Of a DNA stretch of 64,000 nt, positions 24,501-36,756 are shown piece by piece; within the stretch, counting starts at the first letter, position 1; each line of letters opens with the position of its first letter. The notes under the pieces are model-generated. The model saw nothing but the letters and a program-made list of their open reading frames with translations. It was not told the DNA's origin and made no database searches. The DNA lies in contig JAUCBJ010000684.1 of assembly GCA_032718475.1 (NCBI GenBank), positions 27,909 to 91,908 on the forward strand. The letters are read 5' to 3'. The translations under genes and the position numbers were made by a program. The stretch comes from Nemertoderma westbladi. Lineage: Eukaryota > Animalia > Xenacoelomorpha.

Positions 24501-27180
24501 AAGGTAGGCAGCGTTAGGGAAAAGGTAGGCAGCGTTAGTAGAGAAAATGTAGGCAACGTTAGGGAAAAGGTAGGCAGCGTTAGTAGAGAAAATGTAGGCA
24601 GCCTTAGGAAAAAGGTAGGCAGCGGTAGTAGAGAAAATGTAGGCAGCGTTATGGAAAAGGTAGGCAGCGTTAGGGAAAAGGTAGGCAGCGTTAGTAGAGA
24701 AAATGTAGGCAACGTTAGGGAAAAGGTAGGCAGCGTTAGGGAAAAGGTAGGCAGCGTTAGTAGAGAAAATGTAGGCAACGTTAGGGAAAAGGTAGGCAGC
24801 GTTAGTAGAGAAAATGTAGGCAGCGTTAGGTAGGCAGCGTTAGGGAAAAGGTAGGCAGCGTTAGTAGAGAAAATGTAGGCAGCGTTAGGGAAAAGGTAGG
24901 CGGCGGTAGTAGAGAAAATGTAGGCAGCGTTAGGGAAAAGGTAGGCAGCGTTAGTAGAGAAAATGTAGGCAACGTTAGGGAAAAGGTAGGCAGCCTTAGT
25001 AGAGAAAATGTAGGCAGCGTTAGGGAAAAGGTAGGCAGCGTTAGTTGAGAACATGTAGGCAGCGTTATGGAAAAGGTAGGCAGGGTTAGTAGAGGAAATG
25101 TAGGCAGCGTTAGGGAAAAGGTAGGCAGCGTTAGGGAAAAGGTAGGCAGCGTTATGGAAAAGGTAGGCAGGGTTAGTAGAGGAAATGTAGGCAACGTTAG
25201 GGAAAAGGTAGGCAGCGTTAGTAGAGAAAATCTAGGCAACGTTAGGGAAAAGGTAGGCAGCGTTAGTAGAGAAAATGTAGGCAGCCTTAGGAAAAAGGTA
25301 GGCGGCGGTAGTAGAGAAAATGTAGGCAGCGTTATGGAAAAGGTAGGCAGCGTTAGGGAAAAGGTAGGCAGCGTTAGTAGAGAAAATGTAGGCAACGTTA
25401 GGGAAAAGGTAGGCAGCGTTAGGGAAAAGGTAGGCAGCGTTAGTAGAGAAAATGTAGGCAACGTTAGGGAAAAGGTATGCAGCGTTAGTAGAGAAAATGT
25501 AGGCAACGTTAGGGAAAAGGTAGGCAGCGTTAGTAGAGAAAATGTAGGCAACGTTAGGGAAAAGGTAGGCAGCGTTAGTAGAGAAAATGTAGGCAGCCTT
25601 AGGAAAAAGGTAGGCAGCGGTAGTAGAGAAAATGTAGGCAGCGTTATGGAAAAGGTAGGCAGCGTTAGTAGAGAAAATGTAGGCAACGTTAGGGAAAAGG
25701 TAGGCAGCGTTAGTTGAGAACATGTAGGCAGCCTTAGGAAAAAGGTAGGCGGCGGTAGTAGAGAAAATGTAGGCAGCGTTATGGAAAAGGTAGGCAGGGT
25801 TAGTAGAGAAAATGTAGGCAACGTTAGGGAAAAGGTAGGCAGCGTTAGTAGAGAAAATGTAGGCAACGTTAGGGAAAAGGTAGGCAGCGTTAGTAGAGAA
25901 AATGTAGGCAGCCTTAGGAAAAAGGTAGGCGGCGGTAGTAGAGAAAATGTAGGCAGCGTTATGGAAAAGGTAGGCAGGGTTAGTAGAGGAAATGTAGGCA
26001 ACGATAGGGAAAAGGTAGGCAGCGTTAGTAGAGAAAATGTAGGCAGCGTTAGGAAAAAGTTGGGCAGCGTTAGTTGAGAACATGTAGGCAGCGTTATGGA
26101 AAAGGTAGGCAGGGTTAGTAGAGGAAATGTAGGCAACGATAGGGAAAAGGTAGGCAGCGTTAGTAGAGAAAATGTAGGCAACGTTAGGGAAAAGGTAGGC
26201 AGCGTTAGTAGAGAAAATGTAGGCAGCGTTAGGGAAAAGGTAGGCAGCGTTAGGGAAAAGGTAGGCAGCGTTAGGGAAAATGTAGGCAGCGTTAGGGAAA
26301 AGGTAGGCAGCGTTAGTGGAGAAAATGTAGGCAACGTTATGGAAAAGGTAGGCAGCGTTAGTAGAGAAAATGTAGGCAGCGTTGGGGAAAAGGTAGGCAG
26401 CGTTAGTAGAGAAAATGTAGGCAACGTTAGGGAAAAGGTAGGCAGCGTTATGGAAAAGGTAGGCAGCGTTAGTAGAGAAAATGTAGGCAGCGTTAGGGAA
26501 AAGGTAGGCAGCGTTAGTAGAGAAAATGTAGGCAACGTTAGGGAAAAGGTAGGCAGCGTTAGGGAAAAGGTAGGCAGCGTTAGTAGAGAAAATGTAGGCA
26601 GCGTTAGGGAAAAGGTAGGCAGCGTTAGTAGAGAAAATGTAGGCAGCGTTAGGGAAAAGGTAGGCAGCGTTAGTAGAGAAAATGTAGGCAGCGTTGGGGA
26701 AAAGGTAGGCAGCGTTAGTAGAGAAAATGTAGGCAACGTTAGGGAAAAGGTAGGCAGCGTTAGGGAAAAGGTAGGCAGCGTTAGTAGAGAAAATGTAGGC
26801 AGCGTTAGGGAAGAGGTAGGCAGCGTTAGTAGAGAAAATGTAGGCAGCGTTAGGTAGGCAGCGTTAGTAGAGAAAATGTAGGCAACGTTAGGGAAAAGGT
26901 AGGCATCGTTAGGGAAAAGGTAGGCAGCGTTAGTAGAGAAAATGTAGGCAACGTTAGGGAAAAGGTAGGCAGTGTTAGGGAAAAGGTAGGCAGCGTTAGT
27001 AGAGAAAATGTAGGCAGCGTTAGGGAAAAGGTAGGCAGCGTTAGTAGAGAAAATGTAGACAACGTTAGGGAAAAGGTAGGCAGCGTTAGGGAAAAGGTAG
27101 GCAACGTTAGGGAAAAGGTAGGCAGTGTTAGAGAAAATGTAGGCAGCGTTAGAGAAAATGTAGGCAGTTTTAGAGAAAAG
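21527..27180 (+). repeat. 21/24-bp minisatellite (gggaaaaggtaggcagcgtta / gtagagaaaatgtaggcaacgtta), roughly 250 units, derived from the RyR exon 4/intron 4 junction
   Basis: The first unit overlaps the last exon codons and the donor site. Confidence 0.95.
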
Positions 27181-27574
27181 GCAGACAATGTAGAGATCAG
27201 AATGGCAAATGATGACAATGTTGCATCTTCTTATGTATTAACTACGTCAGGTGAATCTGACCCCAGTTGCTTGGAATATGTCCTAAGAGAAGCTTGAAAC
27301 ATTAAACAACTGTAGATACTGAAAGTATACTGGTAGCCAAGGTAGCCAGACATACTGACATTGCGGGAAACTTCACGCCGTTAAATAAAGAACTTCTGTC
27401 CGAGCACTGAATTCACCCTGACTCGAAAATTAAAATTATTTTATATAACTAAATAATTTATCGCTAAATAAAGTTGTTTCTTATATTCTCCGGGGCAGGA
27501 TAGTTGTTAAATGGAGTTCGATACGGTAGCTCGTCGATTGATTGATTAATCGATATTTCCTGTAACCACAATAG

Positions 27575-27728
27575 GTTCGAGTTGGGGACGAACTAATTCT
27601 CGTTAGTGTCGCTACAGAACGTTATCTCCATGTCTCGCAAGACCCGATTATAATCAACGCCTCCTTCCAACAAACCCAGTGGACGTTAGCGAGACTTTGC
27701 AATGGAGAGTTACGGAAGAAATCAATGG
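27575..27728 (+). CDS. RyR: Ryanodine receptor exon 5 (VRVGDELILVSVATERYLH..NASFQQTQW..)
   Basis: atag| and |gtaagt; continues EGEK-VRVGDD.ILVSV..ERYLH; ends in phase 1. Confidence 0.93.
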
Positions 27729-27979
27729 GTAAGTGATTGCGATAAACACGCTCTAAACTGTGATCACATATATTGTATTTATTTACCTAGTCTACAGATA
27801 GTGGCGCAAATTAATCGCGAGTGAAATAAAAAGTTTTGTTTATTGTTTTAGTTAGAAAACACCGCCACTGTAAAATGGTTTTTTAAACAGATAGTTGGTA
27901 TTTGCGGTCATTTTGCGACATTAACACATCAAGTCCCTCAATCCCGTCCTTCAACCTGGCCTGTATTTCGAGAAGTAAA

Positions 27980-28082
27980 GTGATAGGGAGTTGTGGCGGC
28001 GCAATTTTCTCGACAAGCAGGCACAGCATTCTTAAAAATACAGCAGCAATGCAGCATGCCGATCCTAGTAGTAGTAGTAGTA
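27980..28082 (+). mobile_element. Short 3' end of an RTE LINE with (TAG)n tail
   Basis: gcagcatgccgatcctagtagtagtag matches the 3' end of the 46832-47987 family. Confidence 0.8.
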
Positions 28083-28140
28083 TTTGTGTGGAACTGATGT
28101 TATTTATAGGTTATTTGTACGGAACTGTGGTTATTTATAG

Positions 28141-28309
28141 GTTATATGTATGGAACTGATGTTATGCGATTGTGTCACATCCACATGGAAGAGTATTTCA
28201 CCGCGGCCCCGCAGTGCAACCGTAACGTCGCCACGGGATTGGCTTACGAAACGGGCGAAGTATCCAATCACGCCCGATCTTTGTGGCGTAGCGAACTACC
28301 TAATGTTAA
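28141..28309 (+). CDS. RyR: Ryanodine receptor exon 6 (GYMYGTDVMRLCHIHMEEYFT..YETGEVSNHARSLWRSE..)
   Basis: tatag| acceptor (phase 1), |gttagt donor (phase 2); matches RyR VLRLFHGHMDECLT..YEGG.V..HARSLWR.E. Confidence 0.9.
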
Positions 28310-29059
28310 GTTAGTCTTCTGTTTCATATTAACGCGAACATTTAAAACGGCCTTAAAACATCGCGTGTGTTCTCTACAGAATAAGTTTATTTTACTTACT
28401 TTATATAAATTTATTTCACACACTTTTTATAAACGTATCTTACTGTGTAATAATAGTGTTTATAAATTGAGAGAATGATACAAGGCATACAGCAGGGCGG
28501 CCAGTACGCCAGTAGTACCGGTAGTTATGGTTTGCAATGATAACTGTTTCAGTTTCCAGACGAAATTCCTTTATGACAGTAGTATGGTATGGTAACGGTT
28601 AGTGCTGCCAATTAGTATCGGTTATTACTGCATAATTTCATAAGTAGGCTGTTTAGCGTCATTTGTTAAAAGCATACCTTCAGGGAACCCTGAAACCTTA
28701 CTATACCGAGTGAATAGCTGAGTTGGAGCTGATTATTTATATATTTATATTTATAAGAAAAAATAAGCCCTTTAACTCAACTAATTTGTTTATCTCATGA
28801 GTTCCAAAAATTATATTTTCGTAATATATTACATAATTTTGTTTAAATTTCATTTTTCAGCAAATATTTTTTTACTGAAGGTAGTAAAGTTTTATATAAA
28901 CAGAACATGTTCTAGAATATATACTTATATAGTAGGCCTACATTCCTAAAATATCCGAGTGATTTTTGCGCGAGGAGTTATAATTATTAATTATACTCAT
29001 AAACCGTATGCAGTAGCACTAAACTTATCTAATCATTTGGAGTACGTTATAATACATAG

Positions 29060-29216
29060 ATGGGGTGGAAGTTGCATTGCTTGGGGACAACCAATGAGAA
29101 TCCGCCACGTTGCTTCCGGTAAATACCTTTGTTTGAGAGAATCCAATATGCTGGTTCTATTGGACGACATCGACGCTGACCAGGACTCATCCCTGTTCGT
29201 TCTCTTACAGTCAAAG
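29060..29216 (+). CDS. RyR: Ryanodine receptor exon 7 (WGGSCIAWGQPMRIRHVASGKYLCL..QSK)
   Basis: catag| and |gtgagt; MIR-domain motif WGQP.R.RHV..G.YL. Confidence 0.92.
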
Positions 29217-30406
29217 GTGAGTAGACCAATATAAGCAAGGGATATAACTTCGGGCACCGTAAATAGGCGGTAATCGGAATATATAAAATATCGATCTACT
29301 GTACTTTGATTTACTTACATGAATGTAAAAATATATAGAAACCGGGTAAAAAAAGGTTCTGTGGCCGCTGTGAAGTTACAGATACGAATTACGATTACAC
29401 GAAAATAGTGATAACCTTGTACATCTGAAAATATTGCACCAAGAATAATATTACAGTAATATCTAAACTATAAAGGGCATTGTGAAAAGACCTTAAAAAC
29501 ACTAGGTCTTAAAATAAAGACCGTAAAATACTGATTTTAGCCTTTCTCGCTTTACTTGGAAAATTTTTAACGCTGAAAACTGCCAAAAATATCGGCTGGA
29601 AGAATTACGGGCAGTCGCAAAGGCGGTAGTAAGTGAACTGAAACTATATTTCTCTATCGGCCCTTTTTATACCTTTCTGATCGGAGAAAATCACCCGATT
29701 GGCCGATCGTTAAATTGATTAACTACTCTCTTCCGGGATTGGTGGATTCTAGAGTTAATTATCACCTCCCGTCATGTGACGATTTTACGTTGTTTTCTAA
29801 AGAATTTGTTTCCCTTGTGTAACAGAAATGAGACACCCTTTGTTACGGGTTTATAAGGTCACGTTGGACTCCAATTGAATGAAACTTCAATAAATAATAA
29901 AGATCCATCGATAGTGGTATGAATAACTGTGGTTCTTTGACAGATATTCCGAATACGGCAATAATTACACTGTAATAAAACTGTATTAAACGAATCCCGA
30001 GGGTGTGAGTAACGATATAAATAAAAAATAGCCGAAAAGGCTTCCAAACTCGACTTCAGCCTGGGACGTAATTCTCAGGGAACAAATTCTACTAGTGATT
30101 AGTCGGAAATTCATTCAAGGTCATTTGGTTCCGGACAAATAATAGGTACTGACTATTTCTTCCCGTAAATTTCGTCCCCAATAGTAGGATAGAGTAGTAT
30201 GTGTGTTTTGGGACGGAAAAGTCCCGAAAGATTGGGGAAGGGGGAGTGGGTGTTGGAGAAAATATGCATGGTTTCAAATATTGTTAATAAAAAATGGTAA
30301 TATTATATTAACGATATTTGCCACCCTTTCACGTCTAACTTTCATGGAATTGAGATGAAAGATGACTGATCTAATAATAATATCGATACAAATTCCGTTG
30401 TTTTAG

Positions 30407-30568
30407 GATGAAAAGTCTGAGTTTGATTTATCAGCGGAACCGACTATAGGTCAACCATCGGTGGTCTACGGACAGAGTCAAGGGTTCATCCAGCATCTAG
30501 GGACCGGTTTGTGGTTGTCCTACAATTTAGTGGATTCTAGTAGACCAGGCCGAGCCCCAGAGAGAGTG
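30407..30568 (+). CDS. RyR: Ryanodine receptor exon 8 (DEKSEFDL..IGQPSVVYGQSQGFIQHLGTGLWLSY..)
   Basis: ttttag| and |gttagt; matches RyR MG.PEIKYG.S..FVQH..SGLWL.Y. Confidence 0.88.
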
Positions 30569-30999
30569 GTTAGTTATAAAAGTGGCATTTAATTTGTAAC
30601 TTAATTTAATTAAAGTTATAATTTAATTTATAACTGATAAACTTCTAGAATAACCAATAACTATAAAAAGTGTGCACCCTCACACAGTGCGGATAAACGG
30701 GTCGATTTATATTGCATGCATGTGGGGCGAGCCACAAAGTAGGTGAACCTTTATCATACCGCCAATTTTCCTCAGTATAGCGCTCAATTTTTGAACGTCT
30801 ATGTGGAAAAATAGCAGCAATTTTGGTTTAGTGTGTAAAAAGGAAAACTTTGAAAAACACAGAAAATTTAACTGAGCTTTATTATGGTAAAGGTTTATTA
30901 AAGGCATCGTTTTGTGCGAAGTCCCTTCAATGAATACCTTCAAGCAAGCAAACAATCGACCAAAGCCGGAGGCGACCCGAAGGCTCCTCTTTCGATAGC

Positions 31000-33900
31000 T
31001 GCTACCCGAGGGTAGGGGTGGGAGCTACTCCTAACTGCTACCCGAGGGTAGGGGTGGGCGCTACTCCTATCTGCTACCCGACGGTAGGGGTGGGCGCTAC
31101 TCCTATCTGCTACACGAGGGTAGGGGTGGGCGCTACTCCTATCTGCTACCCGAAGGTAGGGGTGGGCGCTACTCCTATCTGCTACCCGAAGGTAGGGGTG
31201 GGCGCTACTCCTATCTGCTACCCAAAGGTAGGGGTGGGCGCTACTCCTATCTGCTACCCGAAGGTAGGGGTGGGCGCTACTCCTATCTGCTACCCGAGGG
31301 TAGGGGTGGGCGCTACTCCTATCTGCTACCCGAAGGTAGGGGTGGGCGCTACTCCTATCTGCTACCCGAAGGTAGGGGTGGGCGCTACTCCTATCTGCTA
31401 CCCGAAGGTAGGGGTGGGCGCTACTCCTATCTGCTACCCTAAGGTAGGGGTGGGCGCTACTCCTATCTGCTACCCGAAGGTAGGGGTGGGTGCTACTCCT
31501 ATCTGCTACACGAGGGTAGGGGTGGGCGCTACTCCTATCTGCTACCCGAAGGTAGGGGTGGGCGCTACTCCTATCTGCTACCCTAAGGTAGGGGTGGGCG
31601 CTACTCCTATCTGCTACCCGAGGGTAGGGGTGGCCGCTACTCCTATCTGCTACCCGAAGGTAGGGGTGGGCGCTACTCCTATCTGCTACCCGAAGGTAGG
31701 GGTGGGCGCTACTCATATCTGCTACCCGAGGGTAGGGGTGGGCGCTACTCCTATCTGCTACCCGGAGGTAGGGGTGGGCGCTACACCTATCTGCTACCCG
31801 AGGGTATGGGTGGGCGCTACTCCTATCTGCTACCCTAAGGTAGGGGTGGGCGCTACTCCTATCTGCTACCCGAAGGTAGGGGTGGGCGCTACTCTTATCT
31901 GCTACCCGAAGGTAGGGGTGGGCGCTACACCTATCTGCTACCCGAGGGTATGGGTGGGCGCTACTCCTATCTGCTACCCTAAGGTAGGGGTGGGCGCTAC
32001 TCCTATCTGCTACCCAAAGGTAGGGGTGGGCGCTACTCCTATCTGCTACCCGAAGGTAGGGGTGGGCGCTACTCCTATCTGCTACCCGAAGGTAGGGGTG
32101 GGCGCTATTCCTATCTGCTACCCGAAGGTAGGGGTGGGCGCTACTCCTATCTGCTACCCGAGGGTATGGGTGGGCGCTACTCCTATCTGCTACCCTAAGG
32201 TAGGGGTGGGCGCTACTCCTATCTGCTACCCGAAGGTAGGGGTGGGCGCTACTCCTCTCTGCTACCTGAAGGTAGGGGTGGGCGCTACTCCTATCTGCTA
32301 CCCTAAGGTAGGGGTGGGCGCTACTCCTATCTGCTACCCTAAGGTAGGGGTGGGCGCTACTCCTATCTGCTACCCGAGGGTAGGGGTGGGCGCTACTCCT
32401 ATCTGCTACCCGAAGGTAGGGGTGGGCGCTACTCCTATCTGCTACCCTAAGGTAGGGGTGGGCGCTACTCCTATCTGCTACCCGAGGGTAGGGGTGGCCG
32501 CTACTCCTATCTGCTACCCGAAGGTAGGGGTGGGCGCTACTCCTATCTGCTACCCGAAGGTAGGGGTGGGCGCTACTCCTATCTGCTACCCGAGGGTAGG
32601 GGTGGGCGCTACTCCTATCTGCTACCCGGAGGTAGGGGTGGGCGCTACACCTATCTGCTACCCGAGGGTATGGGTGGGCGCTACTCCTATCTGCTACCCT
32701 AATGTAGGGGTGGGCGCTACTCCTATCTGCTACCCGAAGGTAGGGGTGGGCGCTACTCTTATCTGCTACCCGAAGGTAGGGGTGGGCGCTACACCTATCT
32801 GCTACCCGAGGGTATGGGTGGGCGCTACTCCTATCTGCTACCCGAGGGTATGGGTGGGCGCTACTCCTATCTGCTACCCGGAGGTAGGGGTGGGCGCTAC
32901 ACCTATCTGCTACCCGAGGGTATGGGTGGGCGCTACTCCTATCTGCTACCCTAATGTAGGGGTGGGCGCTACTCCTATCTGCTACCCGAAGGTAGGGGTG
33001 GGCGCTACTCCTATCTGCTACCCTAAGGTAGGGGTGGGCGCTACTCCTATCTGCTACCCTAAGGTAGGGGTGGGCGCTACTCCTATCTGCTACCCGAGGG
33101 TAGGGGTGGGCGCTACTCCTATCTGCTACCCGAAGGTAGGGGTGGGCGCTACTCCTATCTGCTACCCTAAGGTAGGGGTGGGCGCTACTCCTATCTGCTA
33201 CCCGAGGGTAGGGGTGGCCGCTACTCCTATCTGCTACCCGAAGGTAGGGGTGGGCGCTACTCCTATCTGCTACCCGAAGGTAGGGGTGGGCGCTACTCCT
33301 ATCTGCTACCCGAGGGTAGGGGTGGGCGCTACTCCTATCTGCTACCCGGAGGTAGGGGTGGGCGCTACACCTATCTGCTACCCGAGGGTATGGGTGGGCG
33401 CTACTCCTATCTGCTACCCTAATGTAGGGGTGGGCGCTACTCCTATCTGCTACCCGAAGGTAGGGGTGGGCGCTACTCTTATCTGCTACCCGAAGGTAGG
33501 GGTGGGCGCTACACCTATCTGCTACCCGAGGGTATGGGTGGGCGCTACTCCTATCTGCTACCCGAAGGTAGGGGTGGGCGCTACTCCTATCTGCTACCCG
33601 AAGGTAGGGGTGGGCGCTATTCCTATCTGCTACCCGAAGGTAGGGGTGGGCGCTACTCCTATCTGCTACCCGAGGGTATGGGTGGGCGCTACTCCTATCT
33701 GCTACCCTAAGGTAGGGGTGGGCGCTACTCCTATCTGCTACCCGAAGGTGGGGGTGGGCGCTACTCCTCTCTGCTACCTGAAGGTAGGGGTGGGCGCTAC
33801 TCCTATCTGCTACCCTAAGGTAGGGGTGGGCGCTACTCCTATCTGCTACCCTAAGGTAGGGGTGGGCGCTACTCCTATCTGCTACCCGAGGGTAGGGGTG

Positions 33901-34709
33901 GCCGCTACTCCTATCTGCTACCCGAAGGTAGGGGTGGGCGCTACTCCTATCTGCTACCCGAAGGTAGGGGTGGGCGCTACTCCTATCTGCTACCCGAGGG
34001 TAGGGGTGGGCGCTACTCCTATCTGCTACCCGGAGGTAGGGGTGGGCGCTACACCTATCTGCTACCCGAGGGTATGGGTGGGCGCTACTCCTATCTGCTA
34101 CCCTAATGTAGGGGTGGGCGCTACTCCTATCTGCTACCCGAAGGTAGGGGTGGGCGCTACTCTTATCTGCTACCCGAAGGTAGGGGTGGGCGCTACACCT
34201 ATCTGCTACCCGAGGGTATGGGTGGGCGCTACTCCTATCTGCTACCCTAAGGTAGGGGTGGGCGCTACTCCTATCTGCTACCCGAGGGTAGGGGTGGCCG
34301 CTACTCCTATCTGCTACCCGAAGGTAGGGGTGGGCGCTACTCCTATCTGCTACCCGAAGGTAGGGGTGGGCGCTACTCCTATCTGCTACCCTAGGGTAGG
34401 GGTGGGCGCTACTCCTATCTGCTACCCGAAGGTAGGGGTGGGCGCTACTCCTATCTGCTACCCGAGGGTAGGGGTGGGCGCTACACCTATCTGCTACCCG
34501 AAGGTAGGGGTGGGCGCTAGTCCTATCTGCTCACCGAAGGTAGGGGTGGGCGCTACTCCTATCTGCTACCCGAAGGTAGGGGTGGGCGCTACTCCTATAA
34601 GCTACCCGAGGGTAGGGGGGGGGGGGCGCTACTCCTATCTGCTACCCGAAGGTCGGGGTGGGCGCTACTCCTCTCTGCTATCCGAAGGTAGGGGTGGGCG
34701 CTACTCCTA
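31000..34709 (+). repeat. 30-bp satellite (tacccgaaggtaggggtgggcgctactcctatctgc core), left block, about 120 copies
   Basis: Direct tandem repeat giving the periodic (GVGATPICYPKV)n ORF; unit and count are approximate. Confidence 0.95.
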
Positions 34710-35066
34710 CTACTACTACTAGGATCGGTCAGGTCAAAGGTCAGGTCAGGTCTTCTTATGCAGAATTCCTGCTACCATTATTGCAGTAACATGGTACTAC
34801 CTGCCTCTGCCTGTCCCTACTTCCATGCTGAGTGGATGTAGGCTTTTCCCTGGTCCTAGAGCTGGACCCTCATACCTGGCTGCAGGGGTATGGGACTTGA
34901 TCAGGCAGAAGGTCATCAACCAATGGCTGGTCAAGTATTAGGATGTACCTTGCGTCTATAAAGACGAAGGTACCTCCACTGCAAGCTGCACCTGTAGCAG
35001 GGGTGTAGTATATGGCCTGGCAGATGAGCCACTTGCCAATGGTGGGCCATATGTACCAGGGGAGCT

Positions 35067-36457
35067 TTGGGAGATGGGCCCATTGTAACCCCACTGCAAC
35101 ACCCACCCTGTGGACTGGCAAACCAGGGTGTGGTACCTGCCCCGAGAGCGTACTCGGTAACAAAGCACCCCCCCTTTCTAACCACAATGGATAGTTCCAG
35201 TAACGCGGAGGTCCGCCCATCTGGGGCCAGTGGAGAACCCGGACTTACAAGGCCCCACAGGCGCCAGTCTTCTCCTGACAGGCAGTCTGTATCCCAACCC
35301 CTAGGAGAGGGAGGAGCCGGCATTGCTTTACCCCTCCCTGATAATGACCCACTTGGCCCAAACCCTATTGGAGGGAGGCCAAATGGCGAAATTCAGTCTG
35401 GGGTTTCCAATGCAGACTCTTCCCACTGGGCTCATGTACCATCTAGGCCCAAAAACCCCCTGGTGAACATGAGACAAGTTACCATGCTTGCCTCAATAAA
35501 TCCCAGGACTCTCAACCCACCACTGCAACAAGGGGAACTTACTGCTCTTGCAGATAAGCTGAACCTGACTGCAGTCGGTATTCAGGAACACCGCATGAGG
35601 TGCTCTGAAGAGGTAAGATACCAGGATATGGGTGGTGGTTGGCAGCTTGTTCATTCCTCAGCGGATGATCAGGGAAACGGGGGAGTGGGTCTGCTTTTAA
35701 ATCCAACTGCTTTTGCAGCACTTGACAAGGTAGAATCCATTTCCCCCCGTATAATTTGCTACCACTTCACTTGCGCTGGTAAGATGGCAAAAAAGTTCCC
35801 CAAGGTTGTGATTATGGTATGCTATTCTCCAACTAGTACTGCTGATATAGCTGATGTAGACACATTCTATAACCAGCTGCAAGCAGCTACTGACTGTATA
35901 GACAAGCATGCCTTTCTCACTATCCTTGGCGACTTCAATGCCAGCTTACCAAGATCCTCTTCTAACCCGTGGGTTTATAGTGACACTGTAAACCGAAATT
36001 CAGGTCATTTGCAAGATTTTCTTCTGGCAAATGAGCTGTTTTCGGCCATTACAAATTTCCAAAAACGACCTGGAAAGCTGTACACCCATGTGGGACCCAG
36101 TGGTCATAAGTCCCAGATAGACCACCTCATCTTCCGTAAGAAATACAGAGGATCAATAATTGACTGCTCTTCTCTCACAGTGCGGACATTTCAGACTGAC
36201 CATCGATTGGTTATGGGAAAGACCAAATTAAGCCTTCGTGCAAACAAGGGTCTTAAAAAGTCCACCCCACATCATGACTGGTCTACCTTGGATAAAAACC
36301 CCATTATAAAGGATAACTTTACAATTGAGGTTACAAATAGATATTCTAGTCTCATAAATGAAGAAATGAACCACTGTGAGAAATATACCCAGTTTGCTGC
36401 AGCAGTAAAGTCAGCTGCAAAGAAAACTGTTCCTCTAAAGCCACTGGGCAGACCAGC
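35067..36457 (+). pseudogene. RTE element A ORF, apurinic endonuclease part
   Basis: SINPRTL, VGIQEHR, GGVGLLL, CYSPT, LGDFNA, SQIDHL, TDHRLV motifs; broken by an insertion after KPLGRPA. Confidence 0.9.
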
Positions 36458-36756
36458 GCATTCTAGACCTGCGAGGGGCATACAAACTCTGAATCTGCTG
36501 CCAAGAGCAGTAGGCCTACAGCATACTAAACTCTGAAACCAAACAACTGAAATTCAGCACTGTCTGACTGTGTTTTGATAATACCGTTACCTACCCACTG
36601 CTGGATTGTGGTTGGTAGCTGACCCTGGGGGTGTAGAACAGAGCCGTCTACACCCAGATATATGGTGAAGACACCAGGGCCGGTGATTCCCAACAGTACA
36701 GTAACTACCGGGTACCTTAGGCCTACCGGCACCGTACCATACTCGCATGGTTTATC

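Noticed and set aside
21651-27218. LTLPTFS and REKVGSV repeat ORFs up to 811 aa
   Set aside because: Translations of the 21/24-bp intronic array.
31018-34722. 1234 aa GVGATPICYPKV ORF and counterparts at 47768-50518
   Set aside because: Translations of the SINE-derived satellite.
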